This document shows positions 1 to 12,900 of a stretch of DNA of 64,000 bases, piece after piece. The DNA is from Klebsormidium nitens (lineage: Eukaryota; Plantae; Klebsormidiophyceae). How positions within the stretch are numbered: position 1 is the stretch's first letter; every line of letters begins with the position of its first letter. Location: NCBI GenBank assembly GCA_000708835.1, contig DF237320.1:1-64000 (forward strand). The letters run 5' to 3'. Under the pieces are notes generated by a model. It was not told the origin of the DNA and made no database searches. It saw only the letters and a program-made list of their open reading frames with translations. The translations under genes and the position numbers were made by a program.

Positions 1-2657
1 AGACTATGGCGCACGTCCACCAAAAATCGCTTCCAAGTCATTGATAAGATATTATGCAATTCTCCTTTCTCGGAGGGTTTCAGGATGTTGGGCAGCCGTG
101 CGAATGGTCGAGTGGTTTGACGAGACATCGAGCACCCGAGTTTATACTATGTTGGAATTTGGTTCAAAAAGACGGGGTCCGCCGAACGTGAAGAACACTT
201 CGCTCATCTTTGCTGACGTGGCATCACTACGGCTGTCGACGCTGCTCCCTTCTCCCGTCATGCAGCCCCTACGCCAATCTGCGGAATGTCTACAAGGATG
301 CAGTTGGCAACCAGATTGTCAGCATGAAGAAGTCAGACTTGTAGTCAGAGCTTGCGCAGCGGGCAAGTCTGATTTGGAGTAACCTACATGGACCGCACCA
401 CGTGCTGAGCATCGCCAGCCCGGCGATACTCCGGATCCGCTTTGGCCCAAACAGCAACCGGGCTGACACACTCTTCCTGTACAGCGCTGGGAGGTAGGCT
501 CATTCGCAACGGGGTTGCTCTGAAAGTTACCACTTTTGATAGCTGGTCTCCTTTATGAGCCATATAGAAGATTGGATCCTGTAGCTGGAGTCTGCATTTG
601 GAATCACTTTGGCTGTTTGGCTGCCTAGCATGTGCACGTTGGTCAAAGGTTTAATAAGAACGTTGAGACGTCCTTAGGGAGTTTTTCTAGGGGTTTGTAA
701 GCAAGCCTGAGACACACACCATTCATTTCCGAGCGATGCATTTCTCAACAATTTTTCCGCTGGCCGACTTTTGATGTATTTCCTCCTCTCTTTTGTGTTG
801 CAGCGACATGAATTTCGACGTGGAGATCGTGCCGGAAGTCCGGGCAGGCTCAGTCCGTGAAGAAGTCATTCGGATTTTAGAGAGCCCACTCACAGAGTAG
901 GTCAAAGTGCCGCCCGATCTGAAACATTGTAACAAAGTTATTCGCTCTTCACTACGGCTCAGTGCGAAGTACAGTCGGGGACATTCACTTACCAAGAGGT
1001 ATCGCTCACTTAGGCTCGTGCATGAGATGTTGGAACTGGAACGCATAATGAATGCGCGGAACCTTTGGAGGGCTTCCAACGAGGTATCGTTGTCAGCGTG
1101 GCGCCGGCAGTGGTTATCGAATTTAGATGCAGCGTGCAAAGATTTGTCCAGCAGAGCATGCCTCTGCAATTCCATCTTCCTTATTGTTGCCCACGTATAC
1201 CCATAGCGAGAGCGCAGAATAGTGCACGAGTCGTCCAAAGTGATATGCAGTGCAAAAGCCTAGGGCGCGCGTGCGGCCGCCCAATGACGCTTGCGCGGCC
1301 CGCATAGGCATGATGATGTATGAGTACGCGGCGGTGACAAGTTATGGCCCCCTTCAAACGCGCCGGCAGCAAGCCAACTGTCAAAGCGGTAAACTGCTGT
1401 CGTTGATCCTAAGATAGGAATGCTACCTAAGATCAGGACTTCCGGATCCTAATCTCCATATCCCCGCTCCCTTCGGTGACGGCGGCGTTAGTACTCAGTC
1501 ACTCTGTGGCACGCGCCCGGTGACTCGGAAGCGCAGCGCAGGCCGGTGGCCCAGGCACACTAATGAGTGACTGACTTAGACCCGGCTCAGCTATAAGCTA
1601 AAAGGCTTACTAATTTACCGACGGCCCTTGAGTTGGCAGGCTATTCGTTGACCTTAACGACATCGACGATAATTGTTATTGTTACTTAGCTAGGTCATTG
1701 AATGCATGGGACATGAGCCTGAGTAGATAAACTTCAAGGGGTACTCTAGCTCAAAGATCATTCAATCCGCCTGTGATAAGTAGCTCTTAAGAAGCTCGTG
1801 CTGTGATCGTAGTGGTGGTTTTCTTGTGCAGTCATGTTTGAGGTGCAGCGCCGGCCAGACTTGCCGCGCACCGGGCAGGCGCGATTGGACTCAATTGCAT
1901 TGGATGCATTACTAAGTTTTGCATCACGCGCATTGCATATTCTCGTGATGAAATTGCGGCGGCCATGCAATGCATGAACACCGATTGCAAGATACTCGAT
2001 CGTGTACATCGCTTCGCATGCATGGCGCGGCTCACTAGTCCCGTTAGTATACATGTATGCATGCCACGGTCAATGCAGCGAGCCTGGCTCGAGGGTTCAT
2101 CCCATCCATACATGTAGATGTTGTCGGAGGTGCGGACTGCTACGATCCATGCATGAGCGGCGCAAAAGAGTGTACTGATAGGCCGCCCCTTGATGAGTCA
2201 CTGTCGCTTTGAGAATCGACGCAAACAGCCGTCATTGCATAAAAACCAGGCCTCCTAAAGTTACATATTGTGGACAATTGTAATCGCGCCATCCGCTCTA
2301 GTCTGGCATGCAACATGGCATCATTGGCGATGCATAATCGCCATCGTGTTAGGCCGACCTAACCACACGTCATTAGAAATTGATACTCAAACCTCCTGCG
2401 TTCAAATACGTATACGTGGAAGGATTTTTCTTGCTGGATGCATCCTCGATGCCGACCAGTGTGACAGATAGTGTGACAAATTAATCTATCCTGGTCTTGT
2501 CCTGATCTTGTCTGAGCAATGCATGGGCCCGATGTACTGCTCCAGCGACCTTGGAAAAACCTCGTAGATCAGAGTCAACGGTCTTCCGTCATGGTAGAAA
2601 ACACACTGCCGGCTCCAAAATGGCCCACTGAACTCCGAAGCCTTTGCAAAAGATGCC

Positions 2658-3089
2658 TTGTGTCAACGTGACTTACGAGCGAGAGAGACACCCCAGCAAA
2701 AAGTTTGGAAAGATCATATCCACGTTCCAAGACAACGCGCGGAAGAGGTTCGCTATTCCGGATGGTCATCCGAAAATGTGATTGACAGAATAAAACGCCG
2801 TTTTCCAGCTGCCGCAATTGCACACCTCCGCAGCACGGGTGCGTGCGACGACCCCAGAGCTCTATCCTAGCCGTCGCTGTTTCGGTGGTTCATGCAAGTG
2901 GGGGGATTCTTGAGCTGGTCGAGCGACAATGTCATCGAGTTCTTCCAGGAGTTTCTGAATAAAGATCAGGACAAACTTGGGGAGCTCAGGCTCAAAGGCG
3001 CGCTTTCGAGGCGCATCTGCGCCGAGGCAATCCAGGATTGCAAGACACTAACCTCCCTGGCGCCGGCGCTTGGCGCAGTCGGCGGTTGA
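2658..3089 (+). pseudogene. Two short SAM-domain-like coding fragments in separate ORFs
   Basis: Similar motifs WSSENVIDRIKRRF and WSSDNVIEFFQEFLNKDQDKLGELRLKG resemble the W-S-x-x-x-V start of SAM domains; separated by a stop; no clear splice model. Confidence 0.25.
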
Positions 3090-3304
3090 GTTGGTTGTAC
3101 CGTGGAGCAGGCCATCACCTCTGAGCCCCAAACCGGGTTCGATTGCTGAAGGAGAAAGGAGCGCACGAAAGTCAAGAAGCAACCTATCGAAATCTTACAT
3201 ATACAAACACTCAATGCAAACTGACAATTTATGTTTATTTATGCTTTTCGAATGGAGTCCTAAAATGACCGGCATGGCTTTTGGGCGGGCTGACTGATGG
3301 TCGG

Positions 3305-4050
3305 CTGGGCCCTTGTCCAAACTGTCCAAGCTCTTGGCAGACTTTTTCAAAACGGAGTCGTGATGACGTCAGCAATCGTCCATGCCGGATAGAATGCGCG
3401 TGTAGTCGACAGCACGGACCCTTCCCTTGTCCAAACTGTCCGAGCTCTGAGAAATTTTCTCTGGAGTCCATTCTTGATGACGTCATCAAGCAAAACGGAC
3501 ATACTCAAAAGTCCACACGAGAAAAAGACGCCATCTCCAGCACTTTTTGGCGTGGGCAGCAGCGCGGGAAAGAGCGGACGAACATGGGACGCATCTAAGT
3601 TGGAGTTCCTTACCGCGAGGACTGCGGAACGGATGGAATCGCCAGGTTCTGCGCCTAGCTTGGAGGCGGAGGCCTCGGGAGCTGCGGCCGCCTCTGCAGG
3701 GGGGGCAAGGGGGGCGGCGCTGTCACCCTCTCCCGCGGCCGTGGTGGAGGCTGGGGGGGATGCGCCTTGCGAAGAGGCGAGAGTGAGAAAGAGACGTCAG
3801 ACGCGACTGTCGGAAGCGAAAGGCGACCATATGTCCCTCCCCTTGTCCAAACTGTCCGAGCTCTGGGCAAACTTTTCTAAAGTCCATTCTTGATGACGTC
3901 ATCAAGCAAAACGGACATACTCAAAGCCCGCAAGTCAGCGCTTTTTGGTGCGGGGAGCGGCACGGCGCGGGAAAGCGGACGACCTCAACGGCCTGCCAGC
4001 CTTCGAAGGGACGGACATTTACGCATCTAGGTTGGAGTAAAGCGAAAGGC
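3305..4050 (+). repeat. Left group of ~110-bp repeat family (3 copies near 3305, 3420, 3838), plus ~200-bp direct duplication 3420-3610 / 3835-4040
   Basis: Recurrent CCTTGTCCAAACTGTCC(A/G)AGCTC...GATGACGTCA; copies 2 and 3 both continue GATGACGTCATCAAGCAAAACGGACATACTCAAA and ACGCATCTA(A/G)GTTGGAGT. Confidence 0.9.
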
Positions 4051-4414
4051 GACGATGTATTGCCAGAGCACTTTAGTGAGTTCCCCCACATATTCTCGAA
4101 CCTCTAATGAAGATGGATGTGGAATACATCATGAAGAAAAAGAACACTTTCAAGAGGTTGTAAATGAGTTTGTACACAAACTTTACCACCGCTTCTACGA
4201 ATCCACCACTTTCTAAACAATTAGAACTCAAAAGTACTGGCCTTATGTGCGACCCGATTGGTTACACCTCAGCAATTCCCTAAAAGGAGGTGATCTGTAC
4301 ATCTCGTGTGCACTCTACTCGACTTGAAGCAAGTGAAGTCTTTTGAGGGGGGGAGGGGGCCCGAACGACACTCATCGATCGTATTCGCACTTCCGGAGAT
4401 TGATGGAGACTCAC

Positions 4415-5650
4415 CCGCCCGCCCATTGGCGGTGGTGGCCACACGATCATGCACTTATCGGTGAACTCGTCCCTGAGGCGTGGGTCCAACTCGGCCGGGT
4501 CGACGAGGTCGGGCCAGCCGTCGCCGACAGAGTCGAACCAGCCGTCGTCGTGCTCCGACGACGAGCGGGCGGCGTCCCTACTGTTCACCTCGGCCTCCAT
4601 GTCGGCCGAAGGGGGGGCCCCGTCCGAGGAAGAGTCGCATGCGAAGCTAGAAAAGGGGTACGGCGCCGGCCCCAATTGCTGACGAGACAACGCGATATCA
4701 ACGCTGGACATTCAGATATTCACAGTGCCAAGCAGATTCCCTCTCCGAGCTACTCTGATGATGGGCGGCAAGAAGCTGCTGTCGGGCAAGTACCGCATCA
4801 CTTGAATCTGGACTTTTGAATAGACTATCGAGCGGAAATTGGCGGGTCCATTCTGGCAACGACCCACTGAAGTAAAAGAGCTCACCTCCATCCCCGAAAC
4901 CTCCATATTTGAATCTCCTCCTCCACTCTCCGCAGGGGTCGGGCGCAGCTGCGACAGAGAAGGGCCTGAGCTTGAGGCAGAATCCGCACTGCCCGGCAAA
5001 TCGTCTGATGAGGGCCCCGGGTTGCTTTCGACGCAGCCAATCATCAAGAGAGTCGCTGCAGATGTTGAAAAAGAGGACCGTCAGAGGATAGTGCGATGCT
5101 CAACTCAATAGCGGCTTCGAAAATGGGACGGAAAAAACTTTCACTGCAGTCGGGAAAAGAGCAAACACAGCTGAAGGCAGGGGAATGCACGACGCTTGAA
5201 TCAGTCACTTACCAAGGAGCGCACGGCTCATGGGTTCCGTGGAGGAACCCATGAGCCCTTTGAAGGTCCGCTTGTCGAAACCTACAGAAGGCAATGACCG
5301 CCGCGAGTCATATGCCAAACCCTCGCCGAAGAAGATGGCCAGCATGGGGTGGCTGCGCAGGGCCAAACTGCTGTAGAAGCGATTCACAATGCTATCCAAG
5401 CAACAACGATGCAGGAAGTTGGTCGAAAGTCACGTACAGCCTTCAAATAGGACTTGATGTCATGAGATACGGGTCAAGTCGGAGCTTTACTGCTCAAATA
5501 AGGCCCCGAGGATTGCAGTTCCGAGATCACCCCACCTGGCAGAGCAAGCGTGTGCCTCTGGCGATTCTGCGTGAGAGCTGGCCTCGTCCATCTTCCGCAG
5601 CTCCTCTTCCCATGCTTCTAGACGGCGCTGCATTCGATCCTCGACCCAAA
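4415..5650 (-). CDS. Spliced gene of unknown function with 2A/StopGo-like motif. Exons 5650-5536, 5370-5213, 5055-4886, 4678-4415; probable upstream exon ending 6643; 3' end unresolved
   Basis: Four consecutive phase-compatible exons (phases 1/2/1/0/0) with canonical GT-AG sites. Product reads WVEDRMQRRLEAWEEELRKMDEA...EPMSRALLATLLMIGCVESNPGPSSDD...DGWFDSVGDGWPDLVDP...CMIVWPPPPMGGR. Confidence 0.55.
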
Positions 5651-5695
5651 CTGCAGAGAAAAAGCTCGAACAACTTGAACAGGGAGGGGGGCCTG

Positions 5696-6092
5696 TGTGC
5701 CATTACAACTGTATCTACTGGAGATGGTTGTTCGCTGACGTCATCAAGACTGGATCCCAGAAACATTTGCAAAAAGTTTGGACACCTCCGACAAAGGAGG
5801 TCTGTGCAATCGATTACATTTGCATTATACTCGGGATGGCTCACTGCTGACGTCATCAAAGACTGAAGCCCTGGAACATTTGCAAAAAGCTTGGACACCT
5901 CGGACAAAGGAGGTCTGTGCAATCGATTACAACTACATGTTCCCGGGATGGCTAACTGCTGACGTCATCAAGACTGAATTCCAAAAGGTTTGCAAAGATC
6001 TTGGACACCTTGGACAAAGGGAGCCTGTGCAATCGAATACAGAAATACATATGCATTATACTCGAGATGGTCAGTTGCTGACATCATCACCT
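5696..6092 (-). repeat. Right tandem array, ~3.6 copies of the same ~110-bp family, inverted relative to the left group
   Basis: Units start TGTGC at 5696, 5803, 5916, 6026. Core CTGACGTCATCAAGACT...TTGGACACCT(T/C)GGACAAAGG matches the reverse complement of the 3305-3900 units. Confidence 0.9.
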
Positions 6093-6360
6093 GCGCGCTC
6101 TTTGTCGATGCGGAAGAAGCCGTTGTTCTCAAAAACCAAGTGCTCCCTGCAGAGGTATCTTACGGTTCCGCCCTCCTTCCTTCCGCAAAATCCAAACTCT
6201 GCGGTCGCTCCGCACTCGCGGCAGTGAAGGCTGTACGGGTCTGGGGGCGGCGGCAGGGACGAGTGCGAATGTTAGGATGCAGTCGAAATGCGTTGCTTCA
6301 GACAAGAGAAGACGAGACACGCTACGGATCTTAACACCGTTAGAGGGGAGCCTGTAACGG

Positions 6361-6483
6361 NNNNNNNNNNNNNNNNNNNNNNNNNNNNNNNNNNNNNNNN
6401 NNNNNNNNNNNNNNNNNNNNNNNNNNNNNNNNNNNNNNNNNNNNNNNNNNNNNNNNNNNNNNNNNNNNNNNNNNNNNNNNNNN
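6361..6483. other. Assembly gap (N)
   Basis: N run. Confidence 1.
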
Positions 6484-7334
6484 GGTCGGCTTCCGTACCG
6501 TTACAGAGCCCGAGCTGAGCGACATTGACGGCAGCGACGTCGCAAAACAGTTCATGATTGAGCTCGAAAAAGAACTGGACCTTTCTGTTGACGTGGGGCG
6601 TTCCCCCAGCTACCAGCTGAAACGTACCAGGTCCAAACTCACCTTCTGCAGTGGGTACAACGAGGGACCAGGCAACGCGCCGCTTCGCAGCCTTGTCCAC
6701 CCTTGCAGACGAGCGGCGAGGAGACATTGGCGGGGGCAAACGAGCAGCCTCCCCCTTGTCCTTCTGGACCCTCTTGCGGCGCGGGGCATGTCAGGTTCGG
6801 GGCGCGCATTGACAGCAGCAATGAGAGCCTCCTGTTTCTCAGAGCTGATCTCTATGCGGCTTCTGTACTCGGCGGCGCGCGCATGGCATGCCGCTTGACA
6901 CACCCGATGGTCGGACTTGGTCCTTCCCTTTGGGCGAGTCCTCGCCATGTTCCAATCACCTAACTGCGGCACAGAACAAGAAAAAGCAGACAATTACGAC
7001 TGAAAGCTGAGTTGAGCCACGCAACCAGAAGGCTGGCGCTCTATTTGAAGACGTAGGCCTGCTTGAACTCAGTAACAAAGAAGTCACTCAAGAAAGTGAC
7101 AATGACTGAAGTGCAGAAAGACGGCGGCGCAGAGATCTGATTGCGTCTGCTTCCTTCGAACAACATTTCATTAGCTCAGAATGATCAAGTAAGTAACCCC
7201 GAGTTGGGACCTTGTCAATTGGGCTCCCAACAAACAGATGCTAGCTGTTCAACATTGTGCGACGACCAGGCAAGCAGAGACGGTAGCTTTTTTGACCTCC
7301 TAGCAGATCTGATTTGGTACACAGTCAAATGACC

Positions 7335-9735
7335 TTAATGATGCTCAATGCCGTAAACCGTGAGCTGCGCCCTCATGCCAAGCTCACATGCTCGGACAAC
7401 GCTTGATGTGTGCCAGCTGTTCTTCATCTCGACGACATCCTCAAAGTCTGCCTGCGCTATGTTGGCATTTGCGATGCAATTTGCAATATATTCCAGGACC
7501 AACCTTCCCGTTGTAATGATGTTGACAGGCGCCCCTGCTGATGGCTGTGCGCTGTTCGGCCGGAATCCTACAATGGATTGAAAAGAAGCCCAATCAATTT
7601 GGATATAAACCGAAGAGGCGTCATGCAAGCAATCCAGCCCTGTTTCTCCATACATTCTAAGTAAAACTCTTCTGCATTCAAAGTCTCTAAAATTATGCAA
7701 CATCCTAAGCTGAAGCAATATGCCGGACTAGTATGCGTCAGAAAAGCTGCTGAACATTGTCAAAGGAAAGGTACATCTTACAGGCATCCAACAGTCAGTA
7801 AGCAATTTGGTGCGCAACAGGTTCTAGGCTACCGTGTAATGCTTCGCCTGATCTGGCAGGTTGTTGAATTGAGAGATTGATGAAAATAGAATGTTTCATT
7901 CTGAGGACAACTCAGCAGGCTGATGCACTGGCTCCTTGCAAGAGAACGATGTTTCAGTAAAGTTCCAAGTCACAGGTTAACAAACAGGGAAGCAGAATTT
8001 GTGATATTTGAACCAGCATCATTCAAGAAAGCACTGAAAGCCCACTGGACTAGCCTGAAATGATCAAGCAGACAATTCCGAAAGCTCCTCATGTCAAGAC
8101 TGCAAGCAGCCTGAGTACTTCCTCGCAAGCTACTTCCACCTGCTAATGCAAAAACCCGCTCTGCCCTCTTTCGCATGCATGCGAAAAAACGAACCCCCAC
8201 ATCTTAACATGTCACACACGCTTTACCTACCTGCATGTCACCAGAGCATGTCACCAACCAGAGCACCCCATAAATAAGCGCCCTCAGGCTTAACACACAC
8301 AAACTGATGTCCGTGAAGATCTTCTGCTTTCCACTTGAAGAGCGCACCGGCAAAGGAGAGCAGTGAAAAAGGTATAGAGAGCAAAGGCGCTTACCACAGG
8401 TTCTGGTGCGCGCTCCTCTCTTTTCCAAAGTCGAGGCCCTTGATGCTCCTTCCAATTGCTAAGCTTCTTCCAGAACCATATCAAGAAATGGACCCACAAT
8501 TTCCCCAAAAAACAGGGCACTTCAGAAAGGGTAAGACCTGCCGCAGGACGCCGCAAGGCGCCATTGCGCGCCACTGCCACCTGTCCCTAAACCACCTTCA
8601 GATTGCTGCTGAGTCAGATTGCTCCAAGCCACCACACGAACTTCTGCCTGCCAGCACACTACGAGAGCCAACTTGCTGCTACGATTGAAACTAGGAGTTT
8701 CCACTGGCAAGGCGGAAAGGGAGGGAGTGCCCTGGGATTTTCAGGTTTTAGGGCCTACCACAAACCAGATCAAGGAGACAAGTGGCGCCGGGAATGCCAG
8801 CTGGCTCTGCCCACAGCCCACAGTGCAGTGCACACCTGACCTGGGTACCTGCTTGGGCTGAAGGCACCATTACCATAGACTTGCCGCCGAGGGAGGGCCA
8901 GAGTTCGGTAATGGCTGTGGCCAGTCCCTTATGGCACCTATTCCCGGAAGGTCCAGGCCCGGGGCCGGACTGGGTTAGTGAAAATGCAACATGAAATCGA
9001 GACCTACCGGTATCTGCCGGAGCGGGGCGACGTCCAACCATTGTCGCTTCAGCCTGCGCCAAGGTCGCAGGACCATGTGGCCCACGTGGAATGACGTCTA
9101 GCACAGGACTCGGCGACTCGGGATTTGGTCCGCGGTGCAGCATGGGCTGCCGGCCAGTGCAGGTCATTCGTTCAGGAGTCTAGCTTGACTTCCAAAGAGT
9201 CATTCAGCAGCAGTCACCAGCTGGCTGCCTCGATCAGCTGCGCTTTCTGAAGAGCGTCCTCATCTCCTGCAACAAGCGCCGGTAGCGTCTGCTTCACGTT
9301 TGCTGTGCACAGCTTGCCGAATAAACTGGCAACGAACAACGATTTCTGGGTCCATTTGACATCAAGCGAAGAGCTAGGATCCAGGAAACATTGTGGTACT
9401 GAGCATCACCGTTCAATATTACAGAATCTTTTTCTGCATTCATTTTTTCTTGATCAGCTGAGCTGCGCGCATTCGGAATGCTCCTCAGATCTCAATTCAA
9501 ATATCAAATTCCAGTGGGATTAAGGCATCGTCGTTTTGAGTTGCTGTGCTAGTGGCTCTTTCTTCAGCGAGTTGAAAGATCGATGGGTGAAAACCTCAAG
9601 TCTAAAGGCTACGAAGAGCCCATCCATCCCTCTGCAGATCGATGTGACATCGATTGTTAACTGCGCGCTTGTCTGACGACAATCGATTGGAGGTGCTAGG
9701 CCAGCTTCTTGGGTTGTGGTAGCCGCATTGTCCAT
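7335..9735 (-). other. Scattered minus-strand coding-like fragments; possible unresolved or decayed gene
   Basis: ORFs 7335-7718 (…VNIITTGRLVLEYIANCIANANIAQADFEDVVEMK…), 8748-9167 and 9520-9735 read protein-like, but there is no recognisable domain and no consistent splice path. Confidence 0.2.
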
Positions 9736-9972
9736 TACTCATTGCTACATTGCAACAAGCTTGTCAGCAGCACTCGACCCCGGATTGAAGCTAGACAGCA
9801 TTATGTGGACACTTCCCATCGGCGCCGGTTAGGAAGCAAACAAAGAAGGGTCAGGAGTTAGCATGGTGCTAGACCCTGCCCACATTTTTGTCCAGATATT
9901 CCACTCTATGGAAGCCACAACTGGTGTTCATTGAGTAGGATATTAGCGGGATTTCTGGTCACTTTTGCAAGG

Positions 9973-12900
9973 ATGGACAACAGATCCGTTGGATTGAGTC
10001 CCAAGAAAGATGCAGCGGAGAATGAGAGGTTTGTGCCTTATCACGAGGCGCCATTTGGCGAGAGGCTGATGACGCGGGGCAACCTGAGGCTGATGCTCAG
10101 TGCTGGGGCGACACTCACTCTGGCAATCATGGGAAGGTACAGGCCTCTGTGCAGATCCCCTCTATGTGAAACAGTGACATCCCTGAGCTCCGGACTGCTC
10201 GATTGTGACCATTTCCCACTTATCCACATCCGTAGAAATGATGACACCAGGCCAGACAGTGCGCTGTGATGTCTGACAATGTGCTTGGTGTGTCTTTGTT
10301 CTGCCCTTGCTGTCTTGGACCATCTTATGACATGGACATAGGAGACGCCTGGTTGCCCGCAAATAAGGCCCTTGGACAGCCTGCACGCTGCACTTTGTTG
10401 GGTGTTCACATCGTTTCATGATACATGGTTACATGACGACAGACTCTTGCGAGTTTTTTTGTGAAAGGGAGGAAATGAGTATCACATTTCTCACAAGAAG
10501 AACGTGATCTTGCTACGTTTTGAAGTGTTCAGCTCGTGGAACCTTCTCATTTTGCAAACAAAGAAGAAGCCTGAACATATCTTAATTTGATTTTGCACAC
10601 AGAAACAATGCTCTCTTGAGTGTAGCTGCGACCTCTGCCTCCCATTTCTCATTTCCTTCACGGTTGGCACAACACCGGCCTGCGCCATTCTTACCTTCTT
10701 GCCCCCTTGTCAACACCCTTATCCTGGCTACCACCACCAACACAGAAGACCACAAGCACATTCATATTTTCCTTGTCCAGCGCCGTCCTCCCCGTGTCGT
10801 CCGCGTTTGCGAGCACGGGCATCATCTGCTCCGTCCTGCTCATGGTGGTGGTCGCTCTCGCCAACTCGTACACGAGCGACATGCTGCTGCGCCAGGCGTA
10901 CGTGGCAGAGAAGACCGACTACGAGGACCTCGCATATGCAGTCGGGGGGGAGCTCTGGAGGGTGGGGCCATTTCTAAAGATCAGCTTTGAGGGTTTTGGT
11001 CAGGGCTTTAGTACGGCTAGATTTGATGGCCCAGCTGCTTGTGAAACGCACCTCTGCAGTTGTTTCGGGTGATTCTATCGGCTGGCATGCTTCCAAGGCC
11101 GTAAGTTGGGGTTTTCCATCTTGTACGATGTTGTTGGGACGGTTCCAAAGCAGTCCGTTCACTTGAGCAGTGAGGACGAAGGGAAAAGACTTTCGGCTGG
11201 CCGTGTTGAACCCGGTGGACCACCCACTTTTAATTCGCAAACAATCGAAGCAGAGAGCAACTGATATCTTACCAGGTTATTGAAAGTCTTGTTCACTTAT
11301 TTTGTTGCACCACTGTTGCTCCTTTTCCAGGTTGTCACTCAGCTGTCTATCATCGTTCTGATGATGGGGACCTTAGTTGGTGGGATCGAGCAAGTGGGCC
11401 AGGTAAGCCAGTACAAGCCAACTGGTTCTTGAGTTCTCTAGGCCCCAAATCACCCGGTCACTGTTCCGCAAGAATAGCGTCCAAGAAGCTATTTGATCCG
11501 TTCGCAAGCACAGCTCGCAATAGTAAGTGCGGAAACTCCAACCAAAGGTAGCTTCTAGCAAGTATTTTTTGACACTGAACCCCCAACAGTCAACGAGAAG
11601 CACACAAAGTCAGGACGAAACCTTGAAGTAGCCCCGTCGGATGCATGAGAGAGGTGTGAATTCTCTCAGAGCATGATCCCCTTACTCCCGCCCGGCTTAC
11701 CGCTTGATAGTTGTCACGTCACTCCCTCGTTCGTCGCGTGCAGGCCGGCTCTACTGCTCTGACCAACTTCGGGGGAGACTCCATCCCCACGTGGTTGACC
11801 GACGACGGCAAGGGCCGCTTCATTATGGCGGCCACAGTGCTCGTGGTGGTCTTTCCGCTGTGCCTCATCAAACAGCTCCGCCAGGTGGGCGCTGCTCTGC
11901 TTTTCATTTACTTTGCACGCACTTGAGATCGCAATGCTTTGCTAGAACCACCCCCTCTCGTCCTGCCCTTCTTTGCGCTGTTATGCGATATCTGTTTCGA
12001 TGCCGTGCCTTGGGAAACGGCGTCGGAAATTCCACTCAAGTCCGTACTCGCCAAGCCGTGAGATAGGCTGCGAGCATCCACAGCAGTCAAAGGAGGGGCT
12101 TGACAACGTCTTGGCCGATCAGCAGGTCTTGTGACCCTGTCTTAAAAGCATTAACCCTTCGTGGGTGACCCTGTCTTAAAAGCATTAACCCTTCGTGGGT
12201 TCTTATTTCGTGCAAGGCCACCCTCTCGAAGGGAACGCTTACCGAATCCGGTTTCCTTTCCAGTCACTCAAACCAGCTTCGAAAGAGGCTTCGTTTCGAG
12301 GTCTTCCGGCCCTGAAACTTCCGAAGAGACTGCGAGCCCGTGCTTCTGACATTCTGTTGCGCCTTTTGTATTTCAGCTCGAGTACGTGGGCTGGGCCGGT
12401 GTCGCGATCGTCATCTGGCTCATGATTGCGGTCATGGTTGACTCGATCTCGGCTGGCCTCCCCGCGGTGGGCAACGATCTGCCGGTAGTGGGCTTCATCA
12501 GCCTCAGTGAGTGTAGCCCCGGCCGCTTCTTCTCCCCCTAAAACTGGACGCTGGAAGGAAGAGCGATACAATAAGCCGTGAGTGCAGAGGCAAATGCAAA
12601 TCGGTGACATAACAGTGCGTTGCCGTCCTGGTGAAGCCGACGCTCTTGATAAAACCTCGGCACTAGAAAGTAGGACAAGGGACGGGCTGTCCGGTTTTTT
12701 GTGAACGTGAACACGGCAAGGTCGACGAAGAGGCGGGGAACGTCGTTGAGGTACTGCGGGCATGTAAAATCCAGACATGCTACCAGTCGTTCGAAAGGAA
12801 TCGACCGCGGTCAGCCCGTTCGGGTCAGCGGTCACAAGGACGGCTCTCCAATCCGGCGCTGAGTTTGCTCGTCATTTATGCAATACAACAGCAAAACTGT

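Noticed and set aside
41-1311. Overlapping ORFs at the window start
   Set aside because: Both strands are open, no domain is recognisable, and I could not decide which frame is real.
1690-2330. Cluster of CATGCA/TGCATG (RY-like) motifs
   Set aside because: No linked gene start identified, and the motif is common elsewhere in the window; enrichment cannot be shown by eye.
3281-6227. Repeat units translated as a CPxCP metal-binding repeat protein
   Set aside because: Frame is not kept between units (107-113 bp periods, internal stops) and copies face both ways; treated as non-coding.
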